This document shows, piece after piece, positions 25,289 through 37,534 of a stretch of 64,000 nt of DNA (positions are counted from its first letter, which is position 1; each line of letters begins with the position of its first letter). The translations under genes were made by a program, and so were the position numbers. The DNA lies in NCBI GenBank assembly GCA_964016885.1, contig OZ024741.1:14322001-14386000 (forward strand), given 5' to 3'. Origin of the DNA: Eledone cirrhosa. Its lineage: Eukaryota. The notes beneath the pieces were generated by a model. That model had not been told where the DNA came from and made no database searches. It saw nothing but the letters and a program-made list of their open reading frames with translations.

Positions 25289-26570
25289 TAACAACAACAA
25301 CAGTAACATCATCAACAATACCACCACCAACAACAACTACGATAACAGTCACACCATCAACAATACCTCCAACAACAACATCAACAATAACTCCAACAAC
25401 AACAACAACATCAACAATACCTCCAACAACAACAACAACATCAAAAATACCTCCAACAATAACAACATCAACAATAACACCAACAACAACAACAACAACA
25501 TCAACAATATCTCCAACAACAACAACAACATCAACAATACATCCAACAACAAAAACAACATCAACAATACCTCCAACAACAACAACAACAGTAACAACAT
25601 CAACAATACCTCCAACAACAACAACAACAACATCAACAATACCTCCAACAACAACAACATCAACAATACCTCCAACAACAACAACAACAACATCAACAAT
25701 AACACCAACAACAACAACAACAACATCAACAATATCTCCAACAACAACAACAACATCAACAATACATCCAACAACAAAAACAACATCAACAATACCTCCA
25801 ACAACAACAACAACAGTAACAACATCAACAATACCTCCAACAACAACAACAACAACATCAACAATACCTCCAACAACAACAACATCAACAATACCTCCAA
25901 CAACAACATCAACAACAACAACAACAATACCTCCAACAACAACATAAACAATACCTCCAACAACAACAACATAAACAATACATCCAACAACAACAACATA
26001 AACAATACCTCCAACAACAACAACAATACCTCCAACAACAACAACAACAACAACAACAATACCTCCAACAACAACATCAACAATACCTCCAACAACAACA
26101 ACAATAATACCTCCAACAACAACAACAACAACATCAACAATACCTCCAACAACAACAACAACAACAACAACAATACCTCCAACAACAACATCAACAATAC
26201 CTCCAACAACAACAACATAAACAATACCTCCAACAACAACAACAACAATACCTCAAACAACAACAACAACAACATCAATAATACCGCCAACAACAACAAC
26301 TACAACAACAATAATACCTCCAACAACGACAACAACAACATAAACAATACCTCCAACAACAACAACAACAATACCTCAAACAACAACAACAACATAAACA
26401 ATACCTCCAACAACAACAACAACAATACCTCAAACAACAACAACAACAACAACAATACCTCCAACAACAACAACATAAACAATACCTCCAACAACAACAA
26501 CAACAATACCTCAAACAACAACAACAACATCAACAATACCTCCAACAACAACAACATCAACAATACCTCC

Positions 26571-26601
<31 letters not shown>

Positions 26602-27425
26602 TCAACAATACCTCCAACAACAACAACATCAACAATACATCCAACAACAACAACAACAATACCTCCAACAACAACATCAACAATACCTCCAACAACAACA
26701 ACATCAACCTTACCTCCAACAACATCAACAATACCTCCAACAACAACAACATCAACAATACCTCCAACAACAACATCAACAATACCTCCAACAACAACAA
26801 TACCTCCAACAACAACAACATCAACAATACCTCCATAACAACAACAACATCAACAATACCTCCAACAACAACAACAACAATACCTCCAACAACAACATCA
26901 ACAATACCTCCAACAACATCAACATCAACAATACCTCCAACAACAACAACATCAACAATACCTCCAACAACAACATCAACAATACCTCCAACAACATCAA
27001 CAATACCTCCAACAACAACAACATCAACAATACCTCCAACAACAACAACAACAATACCTCCAACAACAACATCAACAATACCTCCAACAACAACATCAAC
27101 AATACCTCCAACAACAACAACAACAACATCAACAATACCTCCAACAACAACAACAACATCAACAATACCTCCAACAACAACAACATCAACAATACCTCCA
27201 ACAACAACAACAATACCTCCAACAACAACATCAACAATACCTCCAACAACAACAACATCAACAATACCTCCAACAACAACATCAACAATACCTCCAACAA
27301 CAACAACATCAACAATACCTCCAACAACAACAACAACAACATCAACAATACCTCCAACAACAACAACACCATCAACAATAACTCCAACAACAACAACAAC
27401 ATCAACAATACCTCCAACAACAACA
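25289..27425. repeat. (AAC)n-derived minisatellite, AACATCAACAATACCTCC(AAC)n
   Basis: Read directly; explains the poly-Leu ORFs. Confidence 0.95.
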
Positions 27426-28359
27426 AGTTTAGATAAGAAAGAATGAGAGTAGAAATAGCAGATGTGACAAGACGGAGTGAAGTTTGTATTGACATAAGAC
27501 AGAGCTGGGAATAGGGTCGTTTAGTACAAAACAATTGATTATCTGGACATAAGACAGCATTGGTAGTACTACTAGTAGTAGTGGTGGTGATGGTGGTGGT
27601 AGTAGTAGAGGAAGCACTGCAGTAACACTATATATAAATATATGTACATACGTAATACATACATACACGCTCATACACACACATTCACAAATATGAGTGT
27701 GTGTGTTTGTGTGGGTGTGTGCGTGTGTGTGCGTATGTGTGCATAGTGAAATTTGGTAGATGGAAGCTATACGAAAGCCCAGCGAATGAACTCTACCTGC
27801 AACAAGATGCTCCAACCTAGTCCCTCAATATGTCACGCTAAATCACGTTTAGTATACACGTGTCTGTGGAATTCTTGCTATTTACACTCATTCTTGGAAT
27901 CGGAAGTGGTTTGTTACATTTTCTGTGAGATTATTTCAATGTTAACTTCACTGAGTTGTTCCTTGTATGTATGGTCCCGTAACTCCCGAGGTAATCGTAG
28001 AGTCAGCGTACAGAGATGTGGCGTTTCTAGCACCTCTTTAAACCTAGCAGAGCCCATATCCCCTCTCTATGTCGGAATACAGCAGATTTCTTCCAAAGAA
28101 GGATAGAGATAGTTAGAGAATAGAAGTGAGAAAGAAATATAGAGGAAGAATTGCCCCCTGTACTACACTGCTACTTTTGATCGACCTCGAATGGATAAAA
28201 GGCAACATTGACCTTGATGGAGATTGTACTCAGCAGAAAGCTGCAAAACATTCTATCCGACTAATTACTGTTAATTTGCTACCGAGCTGTTTTTCTGAAT
28301 TCTTCCCACAGGGGAAGCTTTTGGAAAAGTCGCTGTGAAAGGTTTTACTTATTATAGTA

Positions 28360-28551
28360 CATAATTGTTTCTATTTTAGGCACAAGGACAGCAATTACCC
28401 AGTACATTACTGGTACTTTATTTTATCGACCCCGTAAGGATGAAAGGCAAAGTTAACCTCGGCGGGATTTGAACTCAGATCATAAAGGACCGTAACTCTA
28501 TGCTGAAAAGCAGGGCATCCGAACCTCCACCGATACTGCCAATCCATTGCC
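28360..28551 (-). mobile_element. Nin-like tRNA SINE
   Basis: Full-length match to the family. Confidence 0.85.
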
Positions 28552-28691
28552 CTTCTATAAAATAATAAAAGAATATACTTGCATATTTAAGAGCGCATGC
28601 GCACGCGCGCACAAACACACTTTATATATAAGCGTGAACCTAATACCTAACACCTTTCATAACTGTCCTCCTTGTTCTTGTTATTTACTTT

Positions 28692-28747
<56 letters not shown>

Positions 28748-28869
28748 GTAGAACACTGGAAGGTAATATCCGTAGTGGTAGAGCACTCAGTCCATGGGAC
28801 GAGTTTGGTAGAAGTAGTAACACGACAGTTAATTCACCCTACTTACGTATATACATATCTATCTATCTA

Positions 28870-28945
28870 TACACCTTTTTATTGTATGTAAACTCCCCCC
28901 TTTGTAATTGTCCCCTTCTTTTGTGCCTCTGTGGCTAATAAAGAA
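28870..28945 (+). mobile_element. Extremely 5'-truncated Tx1 (3' UTR only)
   Basis: TATGTAAACTCCCCCCTTTGTA..TTGTCCC..AATAAAGAAA matches the 3' ends of copies A and B; TSD-like ACATATCTATCTAT at 28853 and 28946. Confidence 0.75.
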
Positions 28946-28977
28946 ACATATCTATCTATTATATATATATATAAGTT

Positions 28978-29223
28978 TATCCAGGGTTTAATCGGGGGTA
29001 ACCACAGTAAGTAACATACTCAATACAAAGCAGAGTATAAATATTTAATATAGAAAGCTTTCTACAGGACTAGAACTGTTTCATTCGCGAGAAATCATCG
29101 GCTTCCTGATGATTTCTCCCGAATGAAACAGTTCTAGTCCTGTAGAAGCTATTTCTATATTAAACATTTATATTCTGCTATGTATTGAGTACCTTACTGT
29201 GGTTACCCCCGATGGAACCCGGG

Positions 29224-29226
<3 letters not shown>
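28978..29226. mobile_element. Palindromic PLE pLTR-like element with head-to-head hammerheads
   Basis: ~120-bp imperfect inverted arms centred at ~29103; flanked by (TA)n and (CA)n. Confidence 0.8.
29100..29150 (+). ncRNA. Type I hammerhead ribozyme
   Basis: GGCTTC-CTGATGA-TTTC-TCCC-GAAT-GAAA-CAG-TTCTAGTC-CTG-TA-GAAGCT; stems I, II and III all pair; GUA site. Confidence 0.8.
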
Positions 29227-29295
<69 letters not shown>

Positions 29296-29376
29296 GTTAT
29301 TCCGGGTTGAATCGGAGGTAACCACAGTAAGTAAGGTACTCAATACATAGCAGAGTATAACATTTTTAATATAGAT

Positions 29377-29429
29377 GAGATTCTACAGGACTAGAACTGT
29401 TTCATTCTTTAGAAATCATCAGGAATCTC
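29377..29429 (-). ncRNA. Type I hammerhead ribozyme
   Basis: Minus strand reads GAGATTC-CTGATGA-TTTC-TAAA-GAAT-GAAA-CAG-TTCTAGTC-CTG-TA-GAATCTC; perfect 7-bp stem I. Confidence 0.85.
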
Positions 29430-29432
29430 TGA

Positions 29433-29485
29433 GGGATTCCTGATGATTTCTAAAGAATGAAACAGTTCTAGTCCTGTAGAATCTC
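29433..29485 (+). ncRNA. Type I hammerhead ribozyme
   Basis: GGGATTC-CTGATGA-TTTC-TAAA-GAAT-GAAA-CAG-TTCTAGTC-CTG-TA-GAATCTC; mirror arm of 29377-29429. Confidence 0.85.
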
Positions 29486-29486
29486 A

Positions 29487-29531
<45 letters not shown>

Positions 29532-29532
29532 C

Positions 29533-29745
29533 ATTAGTGCAGATTAAAAGTTTGAGCAATAAACTACTGCTTTCACCCTAATCAGGCTGTGCTGAAACTG
29601 AGTTTCAGGTGAAAAGCAGTAATTTAGGGTGAAAGCAGTAATTTATTGCTTAAACTTTTAATCTGTACCAATAATAAATATTTGCTGAATGGGTTTATAT
29701 ATACTTATTTATATAGAATCACTATCGAGTCCTCTCTTATTGTTA
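29533..29745. mobile_element. Second-family fold-back pLTR-like element with variant-core hammerhead topology
   Basis: Inverted arms centred at 29600. Minus strand 29549-29599 reads AGTTT-CAGCACA-GCCTGATTAGGGT-GAAA-GCAGTAGTTTATTGC-TC-AAACT. Confidence 0.6.
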
Positions 29746-29931
29746 ATACACACTCACACACACACACAGATATATATATTACTCTTTTACCTGTTTCAGC
29801 CATCCGGCTGAGGCCATGCTGGGGCACCGCCTACATATATATATATATGTAACAAAGTTTTGTTGTTTTTACACTACTAATGTATTGAGTACCTTATGTG
29901 CTGTAGTTACACCCGATATTTCCCCGGGATC

Positions 29932-30000
<69 letters not shown>

Positions 30001-30254
30001 GTTATGTAAGAGTGTGTATGTGCTTGTAAGTACGAAGCTGTGAGCAAAAGTATGTTAATATAAGGGAGTGTGTGTGTGTATGTATACAGAGATGTGTGTG
30101 CGTATTTTTTTGGTCTGTATCAGCTGTGAGAGTGTATTTCTGACGTAAGAGAGCCATAGGAATCTAGGGGTGACTCTACAAGTGCGTGTATGATAACGGA
30201 CGGGCAAAGGGTAGAGAAGTAAACACGAACGTATGGTATAATATTTAAGAAATT

Positions 30255-30900
30255 GGGGAGGGGAGTTGAGTCCATGAGGGAAACCAGACCCAGGGCGGTA
30301 AATCAGACTCTGTTCAGTCCTGGTGACGAGGCCTGTGATCCGTGATGTAAAGGACACCAAGTACTGAGACTTGTAGGGAAGAGTGACCTGAGGAACGGAA
30401 ATGACAGGGCGACGGCATCATTCAGAGCGAGTCGTATGTCCCCCCAAAACGGTTCAGCACAAAAGTCCACCAAACGGCGTCCCGTTTGTCCGATGTATAA
30501 GGACCTGCAAAGGGAACACCGGAGGGCATAGACAACGTGGATGTATAAGGACCTGCAAAGGGAACACCGGAGGGCATAGACAACGTGGATGTATAAGGAC
30601 CTGCAAAGGGAACACCGGAGGGCATAGACAACGTGGATGTATAAGGACCTGCAAAGGGAACACCGGAGGGCATAGACAACGTGGATGTATAAGGACTTGC
30701 AAAGGGAACACCGGAGGGCATAGACAACGTGGATGTATAAGGACTTGCAAAGGGAACACCGGAGGGCATAGACAACGTGGATGTATAAGGACCTGCAAAG
30801 GGAACACCGGAGGGCATAGACAACGTGGGTAGAGATGCAAGTGAAGGAGTGGCGGATACGGAATAAAGCGTTGGGGCCTGTGAGGGCGGTGTAGACCCGC
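30255..30900 (-). mobile_element. Penelope-like GIY-YIG endonuclease 3' fragment (Neptune-like)
   Basis: HSFTCISTHVVYALRCSLCRSLYIGQTGRRL...DIRL...AVA, and C-terminal EQSLIYR.GS..PHGLN. Confidence 0.85.
30492..30827. repeat. 48-bp tandem repeat x7 encoding HVVYALRCSLC(R/K)SLYI on the - strand
   Basis: 336 bp = 7 x 48, in frame. Confidence 0.97.
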
Positions 30901-31059
30901 TCCATCATTCACATTTCTAAAAAAATATATCATACACAAAACGCCAGCATCAACAGTTTTCCAAGAGATGACAACATGAATAGACCTGTTATTTTTCTCT
31001 AAAAACATATTTTTTATTCCGCCCTGCCCGTCCTTTCAATCTTTCTAATTTTTCATTCT

Positions 31060-31098
31060 TTCTTCTGATGAAGGACTAGCGTCCGAAACGTTAACAGG
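31060..31098 (+). ncRNA. Minimal PLE-type hammerhead motif
   Basis: CTGATGA-A-GGAC-TAGC-GTCC-GAAA-CG-TT with palindromic AACGTT stem III; stem I is weak. Confidence 0.6.
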
Positions 31099-31365
31099 TT
31101 CTTTCTGCTATTTCAAGCCGTTAACCTAATATATCCCTTCCATATACTGTACCGATTGTGTTGTTATTTCTGTTTACGTTTTACACACTCTCACACACAC
31201 ACACTCACACTCACACACCCACACACACACACACACACATCTATATATATACATATATAGAGGGATTTACGTTGGTATATATATATATATATATCTGTGT
31301 GTGTGTATTTGTGTATGTGTGTAAGTATACATATATATATATATATAAACATATGTACACATACG

Positions 31366-31401
<36 letters not shown>

Positions 31402-31629
31402 GGTATGTGGGTATGTGGGTGTATGTGAGAATGTGTGTGTAATGTTTAAATAAATGCCTACATATCCATAGGATCTTACAACCAAATACAAGAAGCCGCA
31501 CCTTCACCCCCCCCCTACCAACACACACATACTGGCACACATAATCACACACACACACATTCACACTGACACATGCAGATTATTAAGGGATGATTGCCGC
31601 TAGTTTATCCTACTTAAGTAGAAGTAGAC

Positions 31630-31725
31630 AAGTGTGACGTCCATTAGTATGTGGTACAGCAATGGTTCTTTAGACACAGCCGCCATTTTGTGAATGACTT
31701 ATGAATGTAAAACAGGAAGTCATTG
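31630..31725. promoter_or_regulatory. Candidate cis-regulatory cluster (CRE-like, YY1, ETS)
   Basis: TGACGTC at 31635, GCCGCCATTTTG at 31679 and ACAGGAAGT at 31712, in a non-repetitive island. Confidence 0.35.
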
Positions 31726-31893
31726 ATCTATTGTGGTGACGGTCTTATCTTCAGACGGGTTCATTCAGTGCAAACAACCTAAACTTTGTTTGTCAATCGA
31801 TTAAATAGATTTTCACGATTATCGCCGATGCTGCTGCTAGTGTTGTTGTTGAAGTAGTTGTTGCTGTTGTCATCATTATTGTCGTCGTCGTCG

Positions 31894-31925
<32 letters not shown>

Positions 31926-31944
31926 AACAATGATTTCTACTGTT

Positions 31945-32515
31945 AATAATTGTTTCTACTTTTGGCACAAGGTCAGCAATTACCCCAGTGTATTACTGGT
32001 ACTTTATTTTATCGACCGCGTAAAGATGAAAAGCACATTTAACCTCGGCGGGATTTGAACTTAGAACGTAAAGGGCCATAACTCCATGCTTTTGCAGCAT
32101 GGAGTCTGACGCTCTACCTATACTACCAAACAATAATAATTGTTTCTACTTTTGGCACAAGGCCAGTAATTATCCCAGTGTATTACTGGTACTTTATTTT
32201 ATCGACCCCGTTAGGGTGAAAGACCAAGTTAACCTCGGCGGGATTTGAACTCAAAATGGCAAGGGTCGTAACTCTATGCGTCAAATCATAGCGTCCCACC
32301 CTCTACCGATACTGCCAATCCACCGCCCTACTGCCAATAATTGTTTCTACTTTTGGCACAAGGCCAGCAATTACCTCAGTGTATTACTGGTACTTTATTT
32401 CATCGACTCCGTAAGGATGAAAGGTAAAGTTAACTTCGGCGCGAATTGAACACAGAATGTAAAGGGCCATGACTCTATGCTGCAAAGCATGGAGTCTGAC
32501 GCTCTACCTATACCG
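31945..32515 (-). mobile_element. Three head-to-tail Nin-like SINEs
   Basis: Units start AATAATTGTTTCTAC at ~31946, ~32135 and ~32336. Confidence 0.88.
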
Positions 32516-32768
32516 CTATATATATATCATTTTAGATAATCTAGCTGTCGTCTGTTCGACAGCGTAGACGTAATTCACTTCGCGCAGAAGTTTTGTTCCA
32601 ATTTATTGCGGAAATTTTGTAAGTTTAATTTTAATTTTAATACTATTGTGTAGCTTGACCCCCCGTCTGAACTGTTAGGCGGTGGGTCAGCTGATCTTCG
32701 CCCCTCCCAGGGGTGAAAAACCTGTTTTTATAAATTTTGTGGCATAAAATTTCAATCGTCTGGCAGAA

Positions 32769-34679
32769 ATGTTAAACGAAGCTAACGAAAATAGTGGTGG
32801 GGGGACAGCGGTAAGAGTTGTAAGCTCGCACGCTTTAGCCCCCCCCCCCTTCCTTCCCAACTAACGTCATAGAGAAGGAAAGAAAAAATAAAAGAAAAAC
32901 AGACGAATGTGCGGAGAAAAATGACGAAAACACAAATCTGGAGATTGATTCCAACAACAAAAAAAATTTGAAAGAATTGCATGACAATATTAATACCACA
33001 AACAAAGAAACAACAAACACAAAAATAACATTTGAAAACAACAGCATAACAGAAAGCAAAACAGACGACAAAGTCAACACCAATAATATCTCATTTGCAC
33101 AAACACCAAAAAAATCTTTAACATATATACCTGAAAATATTTCAGATGTGGCACAAAGAATAAAAAACGCCAAACAATATATAACTCAAGGGGAAAATGG
33201 AACCTTATCGGTAAAAATGCCCCAAGAACTCACCAAAGATATTGAAAGTCGGACGGTCGTTTTCCGTACCATCAACAACATCTCAAAAAAACCTCAACAA
33301 CCAACACAAGCAGAAATTAAAGCAGTACTTACAGAAGTACTTAATGAAGCCACTTTCATAAGAAGAGACAGACTGTATGGAAGCCTAGCCATTATTATGA
33401 AGAACGAATCAGCGGGAAAAAAATATGCTTTGTCGCCGATTCGTTCGACAAATTTTACCTTTTATCCATCTTATATGGGTAAAAGAACTCAGCGCATATG
33501 GCTGGATGCGATGATGCCAGATGTGGACTACTGCTGGCTCATAGCTGGCTTCATCGATCCAGCGAATGACAACGGGATTTCCATTGGGAAAACCACAGGC
33601 AATGCGTTCAGTGGAACAGGTATAGAACTTGTAGTGCAAATGAAGCCTGAACACATTGCCTAAATACCCGACAGCATCCTATTAGAGGCCCACGGGTATA
33701 TAAACATTCGCGTGGAGGGGAGAAGGCCGTCCTGTCATATCTGTGCAGGCAGAGGGCACCTGAAGGTGGCTTGTCCCCAACTCAACAAGAAGAAAACCCT
33801 GCTACCAACACCAGCTCCACCACCACCACAACCGATAAACAAACAACAAAACTCAGTCCCACCCAACCCATCCCTCAGTAAAACTACACCACCACCACAG
33901 CACAAACAGACACAACACATTACCCCAAAACAAAACACAGTCCCACCCAACCCCTCACTCAATAAAACAACACAACTACCGCAGCCACAACACACAACAC
34001 AGTCTAACATAGTGACATCCATCTCCCCCACAAAGAAAACTAACACGGAAACATTACCAGCAAACATACCTCTTCCCTCCAACACTGAAGATAACCCAAC
34101 GAATTCGGAGGAAGAAACGGAGTCCTTCAGACAGATTAAAAGGAAAAAAAGAAAACATGTGCAAAACACACAAGGCCAAACAGCGCCTACCCAAATGTCA
34201 ACACAATCCAACAAAACACAAAACACCCCTCCAGTAACAAACAAAACCAAACCTGCCCCTCCCCTCTTCGAAACACTCACGCCATCCGAAAAAAAAAGAC
34301 ATTACACTATACTTACATCAACAGAAACAATAATAAATTAAATGAACTCATAAACAATAACCCTTCGGTACAAACCGAAGGGGTAAACTTTGTTTCTTCA
34401 GAAAACTACCCACATTTAAAATTAATAAAGATCCCAATGAACCTCTACCAAAAATTAAAAAAGGATTTTAAGGAGGACGTAGGACCACCCTCTGTCAAAC
34501 CCATAAACCGCGTCCTCCTAAAAAGCTTTCCTCCTCCCCTTCCCCTCCCCAACACAACTTCAAACACCCCAACCCCACCACACACAGACGACCCCACACC
34601 ACCACAAGACACCCCTTCACCCAACACCCCCGACCCCATGGAAGTCGTGCGACCCGAAACCCGGGAAGCAGAAAGGTAG
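32769..34679 (+). pseudogene. Tx1 ORF1 (disrupted)
   Basis: CHICAGRGHLKVAC knuckle; stop at 33661 and frameshifts. Confidence 0.8.
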
Positions 34680-34712
34680 GTCTCTACACTCTCCTTTGGC
34701 TCTGCCGCCCAC

Positions 34713-37534
34713 ATGGATGTGTTAAGAGTAGGATGTTTGAATGCACTTGGCCTGGGCTCAACTTGGAAGCAAGCAAAGCTTCTAAATGACCTCAGGTCAC
34801 ATGGTATAAATGTAATGGTTATCTGTGAGACTCGGATCAGCGTCGTGCGGCAGCTGGCCCCTACCTTCGATGACTTTGAGGTGCACGCATCTCTCTGTCA
34901 ACCTGGAGGTGGGGGTGGGGTTCTCGTACTGCTGGAAAAACACCTGGGTCTCGCCGTACAGGTTGTTCACTCGGACCCGGAAGGTCGTTTGTTGGTGCTA
35001 GACGTTAGCAGTAGTGGAGGTGCGGCTTTGAGACTGCTCGCCGTCTACTCCCCTTTCGGAGATGAACGACCCGACTTCTTCCAGCGTCTGGAGACTTTTC
35101 TGGGAACGTCGCTTTCCTTGCTTCTAGCGGGGGACTGGAATGACATCCTAGATGCACGTTGGGACTATGCAGGAGCATGTCCTAATAGAGGGGGGTGTAA
35201 CAGCCTCAAGGGGTTATTCGACCGTTTTAACTTGGTCGATAGATATCGACTAGATTTTCCAACTGTGCCTACCTGGACTTGGACGAACCACACTGGCCAA
35301 TCTAGATCGTACTTAGATAGATTCTTAGTTAGAAGTAAGGATAGGGACATATTAAGCTGTCCAGAAATGCTCACGGTTGGCTATACAGATCACAAATTAG
35401 TGACCTGCGTAGTCAACCTTGAGAGAACACATAGACAGGGTCCCGGTTACTGGAAACTTAATTTGTCTTTACCGGCAAAAGAGGCTTACAGAGACCGAAT
35501 TAGCAGATTAGTTAAGGAGAGGTTGACGGGTGCAATCGTCAACAACCGATGGTGGGCATCTCTCAAAAGAGAGATTAGAACAGAATCAATAAGTTATAGA
35601 AAGATGTTAGCTGCCGATAGGAATAGGAACGAGAAAGAATTAACAGGTAAATTAGAAGAGGCAATCAAGAGCGAAGATGTGGCCAGAGTGCTGGCATCGA
35701 GGACGGCCTTGAGCCAGTTTTTCGATGTAAAGCACGAAGGCTGCGTCATTCGAAGTAAAATAGTGCTCTAGGTAATGAGGGGGCCAAAGCCGTTGGCTGG
35801 GCCCGCGTGACAGAAGTTAAGAGTGGAAATCGATCCACCATCCGGTCTTTGCAAGACGAGGATGGACGGGTGATCCGGGAGCCTAAGCAGATGTGCGAGG
35901 CCTTTCAAAGGCACTTTGCCCGATTGTTCGGGGGAGGCGGGGGTCCGGGCGGGGACGTGGATTTCGGTCCATAACTCGACGGCCTGCCGCGTCTCTCGAG
36001 CGAAGAAGCAGAGTCCTGCGAGCGACCAATCTCGGCTGATGAGATCGGGGATGCGCTGAGCCAATGCAGCAGACGCAAATCTCCAGGTCTCGATGGTATA
36101 CCTTACGAACTTTATTTGGCAATGCCGGTCTTCTTCTCCGAACTCCTCGAAGTAGTCTACTGCAATTGGCAGCAGAACGGGAGAATTCCTTGTTCTGTAG
36201 CCAAGGGCGTAGTCTCGCTGGTGAGGAAGGACGAGAACAAGGGGGATAGTATAAATAATTTTTGGCCCATAACCCTGCTAAACACAGAGTTAAAGATTTT
36301 GGCCAAGGTGTTAGCAAAGAGGTTGGCACTTGTCGTGGGTAGCCTGGTGGGAGATGCGCAGACATGTGCTATCCCATCCAGGTCCATTCACGACAACCTC
36401 CACCTCATGCGATACATTATAGAGAGGGTTGACAACAAACCCGGCTTCGGTGGGGCTCTGATCAACTTGGATCACTCTAAGGCATTCGATAGGGTCGACC
36501 ATGGTTACCTGGATGCGGTGCTAGCGGCGGCAGGGTTCGGTCCTGTTTTCAGAGGCTGGATCACTGCCCTTCAATTTCTTTGGAAAAAGCGCCCTCCTAT
36601 GGTGAGAAGATCCATGTGCTGCCAACAACCTTCGAAAGGAGGGCTGGGGATGCCGTGGTTGATGATGCGTAGGCACGTATTAAGGCTACGGCACCTACAG
36701 GTATTCCTCACTGGTCAACCGGTGTGGGCTCCGTTCGTGAGACGAGCCTTTCCGAGACTCGTCTCGCTCACCGAGCTGCAGTCCTGGGTCAAGCAAAGAT
36801 CCGGAAAACTGGGCGACTGGCACACCGAGTGTGCCCAGGTGCTCAGGACTCTCTGGCAAGTGGACCCGGCTATCGGTGGAGAATCCACCTCGTCATTCTA
36901 TAGAGGGCTGGTGGCTAGCAGGGGCGATGACACCCTTGGAGAGTCGCTGGACATGGAAGAGGACGAACTGGCCAGCCTGATCGGTAGGACTTTCGGCCCG
37001 GGACCAATGGACAACTTCCAGAAGTCACTGGCCTGGCAGTGCTACCGGGGGGCTCTACCCGTTAGAGAAAAGCTCTACAGACACGGGCGCCCGGGCAGGG
37101 ATCCCTCGAAAAAGATTTGCCCTAGATGCGTGCGTCACGGGGAAACCGTTGCGCACGCATTGGTGCAATGTCTGGGCGTGGCTGATCTGTGGGGCTACGC
37201 CGAACGACTGCTGTTGTGGGTGGCGCCGATTCGATTGACCGCCGAGTCCGTGATGACAATCAAGCCGCCTCCCCTCTTCACAAAGGAAGCAAAGGCGGTT
37301 TTTCTGTGCGTAATAGCCATGTTGAAAGAGGTTGTTTGGTGGACACGATTGAAAGGTCTGAGGTCAGGCAACTTCCTCTCTGGCCATAGTCTGGTCTACT
37401 TCTTCCGATATCACTTCGGAAGAAGGATAAGAATGGAGAGAGAGGTGCTTGGCCACAGGCAGTTTTATGAAAGGTGGGTGATAGTGGCGAGAATGGCTCG
37501 TGTAAATGGGCCTTCTCTGTATACCATCCTGTAG
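34713..37534 (+). pseudogene. Tx1 ORF2 (disrupted, internal RT deletion)
   Basis: APE motifs, then GWITA fused directly to LQFLW at ~36569; QGCPLS and YxDD are absent. Confidence 0.9.

Noticed and set aside
25349-27534. Leu-rich membrane-like ORFs
   Set aside because: Translations of the (AAC)n-derived repeat.
27990-28175. Possible RT remnant on the - strand (VVQGAIL...LYAD)
   Set aside because: Too degraded to assign a clade or boundaries.
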